Assembly: GCA_030141605.1 (NCBI GenBank)
Contig: JAQGDQ010000005.1
Location: 1,116,180-1,180,179 of the forward strand
Source: Tubiluchus corallicola
Taxonomy: Eukaryota; Animalia; Priapulida
Length of the DNA: 64,000 nt
Direction of reading: 5' to 3'
The translations under genes and the position numbers were made by a program. A model generated the notes under the pieces. It was not told where the DNA came from and made no database searches. It worked only from the letters and a program-made list of their open reading frames with translations. Below, piece by piece: positions 26,501 to 54,907 of the stretch (positions are counted from its first letter, which is position 1; each line of letters starts with the position of its first letter).

Positions 26501-29500
26501 GGTAATAATTTATCTAGATGATTGGTAATAACAGCACAAGAGAAAGATACAAATTACAGTTAGGAACCAAATGAAATTAAACACAGCTAAGAAGTCTGGT
26601 GGAGCGTAGTAACTTCCTATAGGATTTGTAAACTCAAGTCACCTACTTGTTACCAGTACTACGACTTAACACATTTTGTCACACTTTCATTAGTCAAAAA
26701 ACCCAGTTTAAAAACATTTTTATTAATTTAATATTAAAAATAATTTATCGATTAATTTTCATTTTGGGGTAATTTTTAATGAATAATATTACGTAAGATG
26801 TTCTATTTTTGGCTGTTCATATAAAAATAACAGAAGAAGGAATATATGTTACTGATATAAACTGAGAACTCCAGCCTACAACATCATAGACTGCAATTTG
26901 TAAGCAGCATTCTTAAAAAAATCTCTCGCACACTTGTTATCACATTATTGGTTAGATCAGAACAAGTTTGCTTCAAACTAAAAGGTAAAAATAAATCGCA
27001 ATTAAGGATTTGATATGAGAGGATAGCCTATCACATACACGTAACATTGACCTGTGGATAACAAAAGATGCAATGAAAGCAATGTAACTGGCACCTGTGG
27101 CCTTACATGGTGTAAATTATTTTACATGAATTTTGAAAATAAAAATCCTCACTACTCTAAAACATTTCCAGGGAAAGTATAATATAGTATAATAGTATAA
27201 TGACTAGTATAATAAAATTACATTTAATAGCAACTTCAGCATTTTAAGGTTTATCAGCAATCATTCAAAAAATGTTTGATGATTGAAAAATTACAAACAG
27301 TTACAGAAAAACTTGATAACGATGGCAGTGTACAATAATAAAGGTAGTACTTAACAAATTTATTTTTTGTGTCTAAAATTTTATTCAGGCTGATGTGCAA
27401 CAGATTGTTACTGATTCAAAATGCACTTCGTAAAGTGCTTATTTAAACTGGTTCAAGTCCAATTCCTCATATTCGAATCCCAATCTGAGTTTGAAGCTGT
27501 GAATTTCAGTCTGGATATCAACCTGAGGTGAGCACACGAAGTTTAGGTAAAACCTGCATAATACGTAAGTTTATATTCAACTTCCTTTTTGCACAAATAT
27601 TTCCACTAAGAAAGCAGCTTCTTTATCGAGAGTAAAAGGCTAAAGTTTAAACTAAACAAAGAACACAATCTGCCATACAGTAACATTAAATGACAGTGGA
27701 ATTGCGACAGAAAGTGCTAGTGATTTCTGACCCTCGAGGCTTATTTTTTTAAAGTGCTAGCTAAAGTTATATAAAAAAATTTTACACAGAAGTGCTCAGT
27801 TATATGCCTTGCAGACATGTCTATCGATAGGTCAATTTTCTCATTTGTGCAAGAGTCTGTATATTGGGTAAAGTATCCAAATAGGTTTCTTACTTTGACT
27901 ATGGTGCAAAAAATTTGAGAAAAGCACATTTTTGTCAGGATTTTTTTTTTGTTCTAGTGATACTAGTGAGACTGGTGTGCAGAAAACCCTACCAAGCTTA
28001 CAGAGTATCCTCCTTGTATTTAGTGGTAGTTATCGCAGGCATTCTTTTGTGGCCAATGAATGGAGATAATTATAGAAGAAGATTGCAAATATTGGTCTCC
28101 TACAGAACAGCTTGCATTGAATATAGGATCAGCTCTTATTCACGTAAATACATTTTATGACTTTATGGCTGTACTGTTTTTACAAGGACTGATTTTAGCA
28201 ATAAGTCAAAAGTAACATGACTGAGTTTTGCTGGATTCTGTTCTCTACACATGAGGCCTCTAAAAGGAAAAACTTCTGTCACATAAAATTACCTTTCATC
28301 ACACTTTGCTCTTTGTCTTAAATTTAATTTCTTTATTCAGATTTATTGTGCTTACCTATTAGCAGAAGTAGTAGTAAAAATGAATACCTGAGTGGTTATT
28401 CTTCATATAATTGTGTGACCTCTTAAGACTTTCCATTTCATCGAAGGATCTAAGGCCACAAAATTGCTCTATACTCTCAAAAGTTTATTTCAGACATGAA
28501 GCATATGGTCTCTCGAACCTTCACAATAACAAATATTAGAAAGTGTGTTACAATCAACTTACAGCAAACCAGAAAATGTTAGATAACTGGCACACACTTT
28601 CTAGCTGATGAAGGTCAAGAAACCAAAAGCTTCTACTTAGGGTTAGGGCCAAGCCGAATCTGGATTTGAATGATGTTGTGAAGAAAAATTCAAATGGAAC
28701 ACCTCATCAGGGCTGTCTTAATAGCATTATAGGCCTGCAGGGCAAAGCAGCACGACAGGCCCTTAATTACACAACCACCACTGGAGTAAAAATGAAAATG
28801 AACGATAAAGTTAGACATTGCATTGGTATTTTATTGCACTGGTATTTTCAACAAAATCAGTGTTTAAACATGTTCCAATGTTTACGACCTGCCACGAATA
28901 CTTAAGGGGTGTTATTTTAATTATCCAAAATCTTTTTTTGCCTTCACATTCATGTTGGCAAAATTTTATAATGACAATTACAACGATTAGTTACGTTTTA
29001 TATTTATTTTATTAAATTTGCCTGTCTGAGTTCCCGGTCACCTCGTATTGTTTTCGAAAGTAGATGAATCTATGTCATTGTTATGTGCTGCACGGTTAGA
29101 AAACGTCTGTGAAGAAACCTTAAATCGTACAATGTGTTAAAAAGAAAAAGTGTTCAAATCTACAAATCTACTGATAACAAACTCGCAAACTGGTGCAATA
29201 AGGTGGTAATTAAGTTGCTGTCTGTTCAACACATTCTTACTACACTTATGATTTCTGCTCTGGTTTTGTTCTGTTTGATAGGACTGCTGAGCTTACTGCA
29301 GTTTAGACCTGCTACAGTTTCAGTTTGGTTTTGGTTAGGTTGTTGCAGTTTGATTTTTATTTCGGTAAGGCCTGGTACAGTTTCAGTTTGGTTTCGGTTA
29401 GGCCTACTGTAGTTTCGGCTAACTATCGGGTGAGCCTACTGCGAATGTGGTTCGGTTCTAAAATTTTTGAAAAATTCGGATTCCATTCGATAATCATTTT

Positions 29501-32500
29501 TTGGATTCTATAGAGAACCTTAATTCTAGACTAAAAAGAGCTAGAACTGGCCTAAAGTGTTTTGAGACTATAGAGCTGAGTAATTATGCTGTACACTTAA
29601 GCTACGATTCCATGTGCACGTAATGCATAATGCATGATTTGTGATCCGTAATGTGTGATGCGTATTGACTGTTTCCATGTGTTATTTTCCACGCTCTTTC
29701 CGCCATTTTTGGTAGCTATTTGTGAAAATTGCAAGGAATAATATTTGGAAATCATCTCTCTGTCAAAATTCAAGCGTGATAATTACAGCTGCTGCATTAG
29801 CTTATTATTGTACTATTAGACAGAACAGGAAGCACAGGTTTTGGGTGCACAACATTTTGCAGAGGACAGAACAATATGGCAGGTATTATCATTTGGTGAA
29901 AGAACCGCAGTTAGATACACAACAAATAACTACATTCTTCTTCCATCTCTCAAAAACTCGAATATAAAAAAATATTATTGTTTATAGGTCATAAAGTAAC
30001 CACAACTCACATAACTAGAATTTTCAGAAAGCTAAACAGCGAAAATGGTCACTGGAAACTTGAAAACTCGCTATAATCTCTAGGCAACGGCCATTTCCTG
30101 TCCGCGTATTGCTGTGTGATGCATATTCGGACAATAGCGATCATGTTCGTATGAATACAGATCACGCATCATGCATTATGGATTACGTACACATGAAAAC
30201 ACTTCTACATGTCTAAACAGAAACTGTTGTATATGCATTACGGATCATGCATCATGCATTACATACACGTGGAGTCGTAACTTTAGTGTCAGTACTTACA
30301 TAACACAGGGCCCGATTAGCACACAATATGGGTCACTACCAGGAAAACGCAGTAAATCATTTGCATTGGCCGTATTGTTTCCAATTGTCTGCTTCCTTAA
30401 GGAAGATACCTGAGTATAGTTGTTAGACTTGTGCAGGTTCTGGGTCTTATCTTAGGGAATTATGCTTAATAAGGAAGTAGATTGTGGTCCTTCCATAACC
30501 ATCAACCTAATAGATAGGCCAGTCAGAACTGAGTAAGGTTGTTGACTTGTAATAAAATGAAAGCTAAATCAGACTAACCAACATTAGCTACATATAGTTT
30601 GTTTTTATGAATGAGCGCAACACATGCAGTTGTTCCTCCGCAGACCAATCGGTGAAGCTCCTCTAGCCTTTTCACTTCATTTGGATAATGTTTGCATAAG
30701 TCGTAGTAGCTCATACCCTAAAACATTAAAAATCACACGATCACAAATACTCCTATATAATATAATACCAACTACAATTTTGCTAAAATAACTGAACCTA
30801 GTAAATCTAAGAAAATTGTTAAACATAAGGGTAAAAAATATAGGCGTTATGAGAATTAAAAATTAGAAAAATTGATTTGCTGTTACCATACCTCTGGAAA
30901 TTCCATTTTCAGTTTCACTCTTTCCGTTAAAGCATCATCAATTGTTTCAAAAAAACCTTCCTCTACTGCTATAAACGCCTAAAATAAAAACAAATGGTTT
31001 TTAAACATTTGTATGTTCAAGATTTCTTAACAGTCAAAACAGGGTAGCATAGATAAAAGCATCATAAAGGCTACATCCATGATAATAATACATTCTTGAC
31101 TACTAAAAAGTCATTAACTAAATAAAATGTTTTAATGGATTTGCCAGTTCCAGCTCTATCAAGAAAACTTTGTCAAAAAAGGAAAACACGCTAATTAAGC
31201 GAGTCATTGGTTTTGAGGCAACTGTATAAGTGGGACAACATGATATGAGCAAAAGACCATTACAGTTAGCTAAAATGTCCAGGCAGAGGGTATTCTAGGT
31301 AAAAAGGTGAAACAATATGAGCTGTGCATTCCACAAAGGTGATGAGTCCAAAAAGTAAAAGCACCAAGCTCCCTGACAAGGCTACATTACATATCTTAGC
31401 TGTGAACTATAGAACGATTCTTATTATTCTATTTAACTTCTAACTAGTAACTTAAATTTGTTCATGTTTCAGGAGATATTTTGCAAATATAAATTTGAAT
31501 TTATTTCAATCTCTAAAAGGTAAAAATAATTCGGTTCAAACGTCAGACACAAGAATAAACAATTTTAGTCTAATGTAACTCATGCTTTCATAACCTGCCG
31601 TAAAACTTCTTTAATTTCTTCATCTGTATGTTTTCCTTCCAGTTGACCTAACACAATTTCTGCAGGCATCCTCTGTGCAGCAAAGTCTGATGCTCGGCAA
31701 CCCTCATGTCCGTCAAACACTCCATAGAGACCAGTGTCTTTGTTCACTCTGAATAAATAAAATGTCATAGAAATGCAAATAATAATAATAACTCCAAAGT
31801 TACCTGTGCCTTATTTATTACCTTATTTTCACAACAATAAGAAGGGAAAAACAGGAGAATTAGGTTGAGGGATCTAACACCTCTGATTGCCCTTAATGCA
31901 GGCAAGAGCCATCTTCTGGCTGTTGTTTTACTAATAAAGCAAGTTCGGTTTTCAGTGGTACAATAAATTTATATCAATATTGTCATTAATAAATGCCTTC
32001 TGTGAACACAGCTGCAAAAACTTGCAAGTGTTTTCGTTTATTTAGGTTCTTTTGGTATTCTAACATTGATGGCAAAGTATCCTTGAAATGACAAAAGGCA
32101 TAATGATGCTATAATACCAAAAGTCATGCATGGTTGATCAATACTGATCAATTAATGCTGAAATGTTAAGTATTGAATGTATATGTTATACCAGGGGTGT
32201 GCAAATTATCTGACTAGCCGGGCCACATTAAACTTTGCCGCAATTTCTGCGGGCCGCATACAGTTTGGTCAAGGAGCCAAGTACAGTAGGACCTAATAGC
32301 GATTTTTTGCATCCGATTTACGCACATCATTACTACTGCGTTACTACACTCAAGAAACTATTTTAGAAGTTATTAAAATTTATATTAAAAACCATGTATT
32401 TCTACTTTCACGACAGATAGTGGTAATTTCATTACAATGCATATTAGTAATGTTTATCACACAGTCTGTGTAGTACAGTGCATATTAATGTTTTGACTCG

Positions 32501-34510
32501 CTGTTCTTCTTCAATCTTCCTCTTTTTCTTATCCATGTTTCTGATCTATAAGAACACTACATCTGATGAAACGACGAAACAGCCACTGATCCAGGCATGT
32601 ACTACTGAGCCTAAGCTGAAACTAAAATCTGGGAATCCCCCTATATTAGTGGTGACCACACTTTTTCAGCTTGCTGCCTAATTACAAATTGGTCTGCCCA
32701 GTCGTCTTCTTGGTCATAGTAGGTAGATCATTTTGACTTGGTTATTTTATATTTTGTTATAATTTATTTATTTATAATTTATTTTGTAAAATACCCAAGT
32801 CAAAATGATCTACCTGCTATGACTAAGAAGACGACTGGACAGATCAACAGGCCCGATAATAGAAGCCTAGAGATTGGCTAATTGGTTTTCCTACCAGCCG
32901 ATCAGATTGCTTCTCGCATTTTTTGCACATTTGAACATTTGAATGGCAGCTTCCTTGACAGTTTGCTGTGTTCTGCGATTACATCGCTTTTTTGTGTTCC
33001 AAGTGAGCAACGTTAAATTTCGTCATGTCCGACAGTTACATTAAGTGACAATAGCCTTGTAAGGCTTAATGCCATCCGATCTAGACGAAAAAACTACCCG
33101 CACTATCTTTGCGATAGTGGCGCGGACTTCAGCTGGATCGCGTGGGCCGCACTTTCGTTGCATTGACAAACCTCTTCGCGGGTCGCACAAGATCTCTTGG
33201 CGGGCCGCAAGCGGCCCGCGGGCCGCAATTTGCACACCCCTGGGTTATACTATTAAGCTATAAGATGCATACTTAAAGTGAAAACTTCTGTCTTCAAATT
33301 CATGTTCTTCGTGTCTAACTCCATCTTTGCGGTAAATAAGATTAGTCGACAAACCGACACCAGATAACTCACAAACAGGTAAGTCATCGGTCCAAACATT
33401 TTCATTTGTCTGAAAAATAAGCAAAAACTGTTTTATGTTTTAGCTTTATGCATCCTTAATTAGTCCAGTTTAACAGTTACTATTAACAATAGAACCACTG
33501 TTCAAAGCTATAATTGTTCAATACTATTTTTTTCACTATACATTCAGTATTTTTTTGTGTTTTTGTGCAAAAGCAACAACGACTTTATTCGTAACTGAAA
33601 ATGCAACTTTCCTTATTTTGCTTGTTAAGATATTATGTTAAAAAAGCTGAAACATTTATAGACACTTTTTTGTGAAGTGCACAGAGAAGGTGTGGCTTCA
33701 GCAAATTGTTTTTCACTACAAGTGATGATGCCCTCTTTTTCACTTTCGTGATATGACCACCAGACCTGAAAATTCTCACGCATTAACTGTGTGTCACACG
33801 CATTTTAAATCTTTCATACGCACACACACATCAAATTTCAGTTCTCACGTATTCCTCAACTTCATGTGCAGTTTGCAAATCAACTGGCTACCACAACATG
33901 ATTAGTAGCACTACTATCAATAACGCAGTAGTGTTCATGATTCTCATGTATATTACACTAAAGAGTATTACAGTCATTTAAAATTAACCACTTTTAGGTG
34001 ATATTGAGCTTTTTCCATGACTGTGTAGAAAAGAAAATATTTATATATAAAGTACAGTGAACTGCCATAACAACATAAGAAAGTTCAATTATATGCAAAA
34101 ATTGCGTTATTTTTTGCCTTCACTTTTTAATTAATTTGATTTTGATACCAAAAATATAAAATTTCTGGGGCATAATTTGCCCCCTCCCCCAATCCTTACA
34201 GGAGGCGAGGTGATCCCCGGGCTTTCTACGCTTCACACTCATTTTTACATCAAATTGGCAGATGTGGACCATCCCCTACTTAAATATCAAATTCCAATGA
34301 CGTGGCTACACAAAAAATGTGATGTTTCATATTCACAGTGTTCGCTCGCCGCTCCCAAAACAGTGCTAAAATTGCTTAGTACGGTAAAATCTGGATAATG
34401 ACCTGTATTATACGTTATGACAAAAAAGTTACCTGCATAACAATGTTATCACTAGTAATATCAGTTCGACGAGAATGAGACGCAAGCTTCGGTTCCACGC
34501 CAACTGGCAT
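23585..34510 (-). CDS. TAB1: TGF-beta-activated kinase 1-binding protein 1 (PP2C-like pseudophosphatase), 523 aa; exons 34510-34433, 33409-33273, 31748-31595, 30978-30892, 30717-30579, 26254-26026, 25595-25471, 24207-23585
   Basis: Exons join in frame (1572 nt). TAB1 signatures: WTDDLPVCELSGVG, LYGVFDGHEG, FAAQRMPAEIVLGQL, GGTTACVALIHKNKLYVANVGDSRALLC, QLSVDH, TRSIGDY, VIAEPEIHG, GVAQAVVDKILRIHHD, DDITLLVRN and the C-terminal TAK1-binding IKPYVSFSDF. Intron 7 is GC-AG. Exon 1 is the least certain. Confidence 0.95.
24351..25486. repeat. Tandem array, 14 copies of an 81/83-bp unit, in TAB1 intron 7 and overlapping the exon 7 donor
   Basis: Unit ACAGTTGTATAAATGTGCAAATGGTTGTGAATTTGCTAAATTGTGTAGCTGAAACTTGCCTGTTATTTCAATGAGTG(TG)TTTT. 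Copies start at 24351, 24432, 24515, 24596, 24679, 24760, 24841, 24924, 25005, 25086, 25167, 25248, 25329 and 25412. Confidence 0.97.
28638..29525. mobile_element. Degenerate non-autonomous DNA transposon remnant(s) with internal short tandem motifs
   Basis: TAGGG...CCGAATC at the left end and GGATTC...CCTTA at the right end. Degenerate reiterations of GCCT..TACAGTTTCAGTTTGGTTT.GGTTAG at about 29290-29460. Confidence 0.35.
29600..30282 (+). mobile_element. PIF/Harbinger deletion derivative with N-terminal transposase remnant
   Basis: Imperfect TIRs of about 40 bp (AGCTACGATTCCATGTG... vs reverse complement AGTTACGACTCCACGTG...). TTA target duplication at 29597-29599 and 30283-30285. Internal peptide RKHRFWVHNILQRTEQYGRYYHLVKEPQLD...FHLSK resembles the Harbinger transposase N-terminus (WVHP..R...G.F..LV.EL...F..YFRMS). 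Confidence 0.82.
32192..33242. mobile_element. hAT (Charlie-like) non-autonomous element in TAB1 intron 2
   Basis: Perfect 16-bp TIR CAGGGGTGTGCAAATT...AATTTGCACACCCCTG. 8-bp TSD TGTTATAC/GGTTATAC (7 of 8 match). GC-rich subterminal GCGGGCCGC motifs typical of Charlie-type MITEs. Confidence 0.9.
32693..32843. repeat. Long hairpin-forming inverted repeat (57-bp arms, 4 mismatches) inside the hAT element
   Basis: TCTGCCCAGTCGTCTTCTTGGTCATAGTAGGTAGATCATTTTGACTTGGTTATTTTA pairs with TAAAATACCCAAGTCAAAATGATCTACCTGCTATGACTAAGAAGACGACTGGACAGA around an AT-rich loop. Confidence 0.9.
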
Positions 34511-36083
34511 TATACAAATACAGGTCACCACAAAACAGGATTTAGACCTTTTCGCCTTCACATAACACACACATTGACAAAAATTATGTGGAATTTAGCA
34601 TATTTTATGCCTAAATGCAGGTAACGTCAAAATTACTGTCTATTTTCAGCTAAATAGAAATGGCAAGAGTAAAAATCTTTATTACGACACAACAACACCT
34701 AATTATCTAACGCACTACTTTCTACACGAACAATACCAGAATGAAAATCTTATTCATGTGCTTGCGTTAAAACTATGCTATAACTCAAAGCGTATAACAG
34801 GAATTATGAATATAACAAAGGCAAAGGCAGATATTTAAGAAATAACCATAACAGCAATGATAGCTTCAATAAAGGTAATAACAGAAATAACAATTATGTC
34901 ATCATCAACAGCAAATAACAACATCTCAACATTACTGTTAACGCAAACCCGGTACGCAATAAAACAACATGTAAATGATGTAAATGATATAAAATGCTGG
35001 ACGATTTTTTCCAAGTTTCAGTTATTTCTTGTGCTTTACTCCAGTTTTGAAGCTTTCTTTATGCGTTTAATTATTTATTCTTCTAATAACAGCTATTGTT
35101 TCTAGTATTGTAGTGATGTGATCAGCATTAACTTTTATTTGTGTAAATAATCTAATGGGGAGTTTACACGAAGTACTCATTGGGCGTGATGAGGATAACT
35201 ACAAGAGTAAACATTTTATTTTCAGATGCAAATGGATGGAAGAATCATTTGCAAGCTCAATATGATTTTGATTTTGCTTATAATAACTGTAACATCGCAA
35301 TACCCAGTTTTTTGCTATCAATCTAGTTTGCATGTAAACAGTTGAGTCCTACTTATCTATAAAATAAAAGTTAATTTTTCAATATTCAAGATTGTTTATT
35401 TCGCATCAACACACAAATACAACATTGAAAATACATAAATTTCAATAATTCAATAGTCAACAAGAAGCAAAATATTCAATTTTGATGAAATCACTTATTC
35501 TGTGTATTTTAACAAGACATTTCCCAAGTGCTTACCATCACCAAACCTGTCTTTAGTCAACCACAAAATATATGCAACGTACTACAGGCTTCTTAATACA
35601 TGTAGAGTGACTTTACCTTGATCTTCTCTGTGGTATAATAAGGAAAACAGTGCCTCTAAATTTAAAATTCAATTATTTTGATCCACTGCTGGTTTGTCTA
35701 GTTCTAGGAAAAGCGAAAAAATAATAAGAATAAAACACGGGTTTTTAAATTATAGTTTACCACTATAGTTGATCTTCCGGTGGAAGAAAACGGCAAAAAG
35801 TCACATGGAATTGAAAAATTTTTTAATACTAACTTTTGGGGAGGTTTTATTGTTAAAAAGGATCCAAGCTTAGTAAAAAAAACATAGAAGCAGAGAAAAA
35901 ACAAGTAAAAAATATAGAAGCACAGCAAAGGAAAAAGGAAGAAACACGGGGTTGTCACTGGCCGCAGTAGGATACAACAGAATGTTGAACGTAAACCCAT
36001 GGCTTATAATTACAGAAAACAAGAGGATATACAATTAAGCAGAAAATAAGTCAGAATGCAACCCATTGAGATGAGAGTGAAGA

Positions 36084-36744
36084 TGTAATGAACCTGGGGG
36101 GTGATCAGACTTGCGGGACCACCCTACCCCTATTTTGCCAGGTTTGGGTTATTGGTGGTGGTCATGTGAGCGTCGTGTTTAGCATAGAAACGTGCTGTGG
36201 ATATAATTTATGTAGATATATTATGACATATGTATATATATATATTACGTCATGCAGGTGCAGGAAAATCAGGGAGAAAGAGGGAGAGGCGCAAGTTGTG
36301 TGAAAACAGCATTACTTGCAATATTTAGTGTAGAATATCTCTGTGTTTCATCTGGTAGACAATTAGAGTAGAGACAGGAACGGGTAGTGAGAGAGTTTGA
36401 TTCGGTAAGTGACCTTTCTTGTACGTCCTTGCACTTGCTAACATTATGAAATTGCTGCAGGTGACCTAGTTCACCTCTTCTTTGGCTTCTGTTGTTTAAT
36501 ATCAGTAAAATCACTGTATCTATGTCGAAACAATAACCTTTTAAGCGTTCAGGTTGTTAAAATAATCTTTTTACTATCTGTTCTATTTGTGTAAGTTGCA
36601 TCAGTTAGTTCAAATCATATCACTTCTTGAAATCTTTGTCAATGTAAACACTATTATTTTCGTCATTAAAGTTATTTAGCGGGGAGCTTTTATATTTTAA
36701 CTCAATAGTTTAGTGTTTCGGTTTTATTGCGTGTTGAGGCTACA
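36084..36744. mobile_element. Possible solo LTR
   Basis: 661-bp block that is more G-rich than its flanks and bounded by TGTA...TACA. Flanks are AAGA/GAGA (3 of 4 match). It contains a TATATA tract and an ATTAAA near the right end. No gag/pol remnants nearby. Confidence 0.4.
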
Positions 36745-36840
36745 GAGATATTTCATCAGAAACAAGTCGCAGTATGATACTCACAGAGTATCGTCACCAG
36801 TGTCTTCAAATTTGTATAGTCACATTTAACGCTTAAATTA

Positions 36841-36930
36841 CAGTCTAGCCTCGTTATCTCGCCACTGTCCGTCTAGGGCAAATTTTTGGCAAGAGGCGAG
36901 TATGGCGAGATAACGGGAATATAACGAAGT
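36841..36930 (+). mobile_element. Solo left end of a Tc1/mariner (pogo-like) MITE
   Basis: TA|CAGTCTAGCCTCGTTATCTCGCCA followed by the inverted subterminal TGGCGAGATAACG. Same architecture as the element at 1138. No matching right end seen. Confidence 0.5.
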
Positions 36931-37117
36931 TAGTCTATATGTACAGTACTATAAGTTATTATTTTCCACTTAATAACACACGAACGCAGGTATTACTGGC
37001 ACTTCCGAATAAGGAATCATGGCATTAACACATTTATTGGAAAAGTCGACTATTTTAAAATGAAATGTTGAATTGATGCAGATGTCATGTTATCCACCGA
37101 CTAGAGCAATACAGGAA

Positions 37118-37935
37118 GGGTGTGACATTTAGTCATGGTACACTTGGGTATCCGGACACTTGGACACAAGACATTTAGGCACTAATAAAAATTAATGTTG
37201 TCCCTTTTTTATTTTTGTTTATTGAATTTTTAATAAGTCACTATTTTCCTAACTTTCACAATATTCAAATCGCATCACTAAATTTAACATATGCAGGGAC
37301 TCTGCACTTTTTGGTTTTCCACTTTTAGTACTAATGTGTTTATTTATAAAATGAACGAAGCAGAAGACACTACAAATTTAGTTTAGCATTTTATTTCGAC
37401 ACCATATATCCAGCGCATCACAAAAACAATAAGCGTCAATACAGTTGGCCTTATTATAATCATAATACTGTGTGTATTCTATCAGCGCTAGCTTTTAAAA
37501 AGTCATAGAATGCGTTGTTTATGCTATCTACTAACTAGAAATCGATCAGATCAATTAATGAGCAAATGCTTAATGCGTGAATCCAATATAAAGATTAACA
37601 ATAATTATAAGCCGTTTGTCTGTCTACATTGAGAAATGCGTGATTCACGTTGCGTTTGTACCAGCACTTTTACATATGTTAAGTAACATATTTTCAGCTT
37701 TAATTACATAATCATAGTCAGGAAAATGAAACTTCAAAAGTTCTAAAAGTTTTTAGGCAATAAGCGAGGATTCGTACAATTTTAGTTACCGGGAGTATTG
37801 TAGACTTGTAACACAACACAGAAATAATTTATTCTTGCATGATCAAGTCACGTTGTGTGCATCGGCGCTGCCGCCCAAATGCCTTGTACCCAAACGGCTG
37901 CGCCCAATTTTCCCGTATGCAAATGTCCTGTCTAT
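37118..37935. mobile_element. Degenerate MITE with reiterated inverted subterminal motifs (possibly Mutator-like)
   Basis: Left GACATTTAG/ACACTTGG reiterations match the reverse complement of right CCCAAATGCC/CCCAAACGGC/CAAATGTCC. Candidate 9-bp TSD ATACAGGAA/ATGCAGGAA. Confidence 0.45.
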
Positions 37936-39427
37936 ATGCAGGAATGGTAGCAAGTTATTTTGACAATCAAAAGCAAAAAGTTAAGATTAATAAAACTATA
38001 GCATAAAATTAATTATTTCTCATTTCTTGTAATGTAATGAAGAATTTCCTAAATTTACATAAAATGATAGCAAACTATTTCAACAATTAAAAACAAAAAT
38101 TCAAAACGATGTAATTTTTATTGACAACAGCAAGGCAATTTTTATTACATGTGAAAAATATTTTTCTCCCAAAATTTCTTTCAATTTACATTGCACTAAA
38201 AAATAAACATCTATAGCAATCTTGGGAAAACTATTAGACTGGAATAATTTAAATTAAGTGTTACAAAACAACACACGCAAAGTAACAATATCGCACTTTT
38301 TTATGAAAGAAAAATGGAAAATTAAGAAAGTTCTTAGGATTCTGTACTACCGAACTTTGTACTAATGAAGTATAAGACTTAAAAAACAAACAATACTTAT
38401 CATCGTCAACGTTACACTGTAAACTATTACGTTATGACTACACTGAAATTATGTCTTTGCACTGCACATTTATTAGGTTACTAACCTTAGAAAATCTTAG
38501 AGAAACTTCAAAGAAAATAAAAAATACTAAATGTAAATTAGGACCTGCTTAAGATTCCCATTACAGTTTTAAGCGATCCATCTAAAGCAAGACTGCAAGA
38601 ATATAGACTGCTATACGTTACGATTAGTTTCATTTCTTAGATTTTTACAATACAATAAGCTTTGAGAAGCAAAAATGAAAGCATTAAACAATTATCTTGT
38701 CACACAAACAGATTGCTGTATCTGTAGCCAATTTTACATTTAATTCTAATTAAATTTAATTCTAAATATAAATTTAATTCTAAAAAACAGAAAAGGAAAT
38801 GCATCCCTTTTCATAAATCGTCTATGATTCTCTTTGGGATGATTCTATAGAAAAACCCAGAGCCAGTAAACCAATTACCATCCAAACACAACTTATAGCT
38901 GAGAAGGTGCATACTATTAGGGGAAATTTATTTTGAAAGTTTTTAAGTTAAGTCCAGTCCTCCTTTGCCAATACAGTATACACGGAAGCTTACAATGCAA
39001 TAGAATATGATGATAAAATATTTTCCAAATGCTTGCCATGAGTGCTTCAGGGTGTTAGTAAAAATCCTTGAAAATAAACTACTGTACCAATACTTTACAA
39101 GTGTTTCAATTTGATTTGCTAGAAAAAACTTAAAATGAGAAACTACATAATAGGAAAAGTCATAACTCTAATCTGAAAAAATAATTATTACCTCCAAACT
39201 ATTGAAATAACAAATCATATGAGTAAACTGACAAATGAAGATGACAAAAAAGTTTATAACCATAATAAAAGTAGATCAAAAATTAAGTTTTAGAATTAAT
39301 TCATTGACAACTGCAAACAAATTAGAAAACACAAATGAAAATACACCAGATGACAGTAACAGAAAACATATAATAGGCTATAGAAATATGTTTAACAACA
39401 GCACTAAATTTTTACAACAGTAAAATC

Positions 39428-54907
<15,480 letters not shown>

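Noticed and set aside
28537-28636. Hammerhead ribozyme-like motif (stem, then CTGATGA AGG...CC AAAA)
   Set aside because: The core GAAA is AAAA and no stem III pairing with a UH site can be formed. At most a decayed relic.
32555-32605. Second hammerhead-like CTGATGA...GAAAC motif
   Set aside because: Stem II cannot pair and the would-be cleavage triplet is GGC rather than NUH.
33041-33263. GC-rich ORFs on both strands
   Set aside because: They coincide with the GC-rich subterminal region of the hAT MITE.
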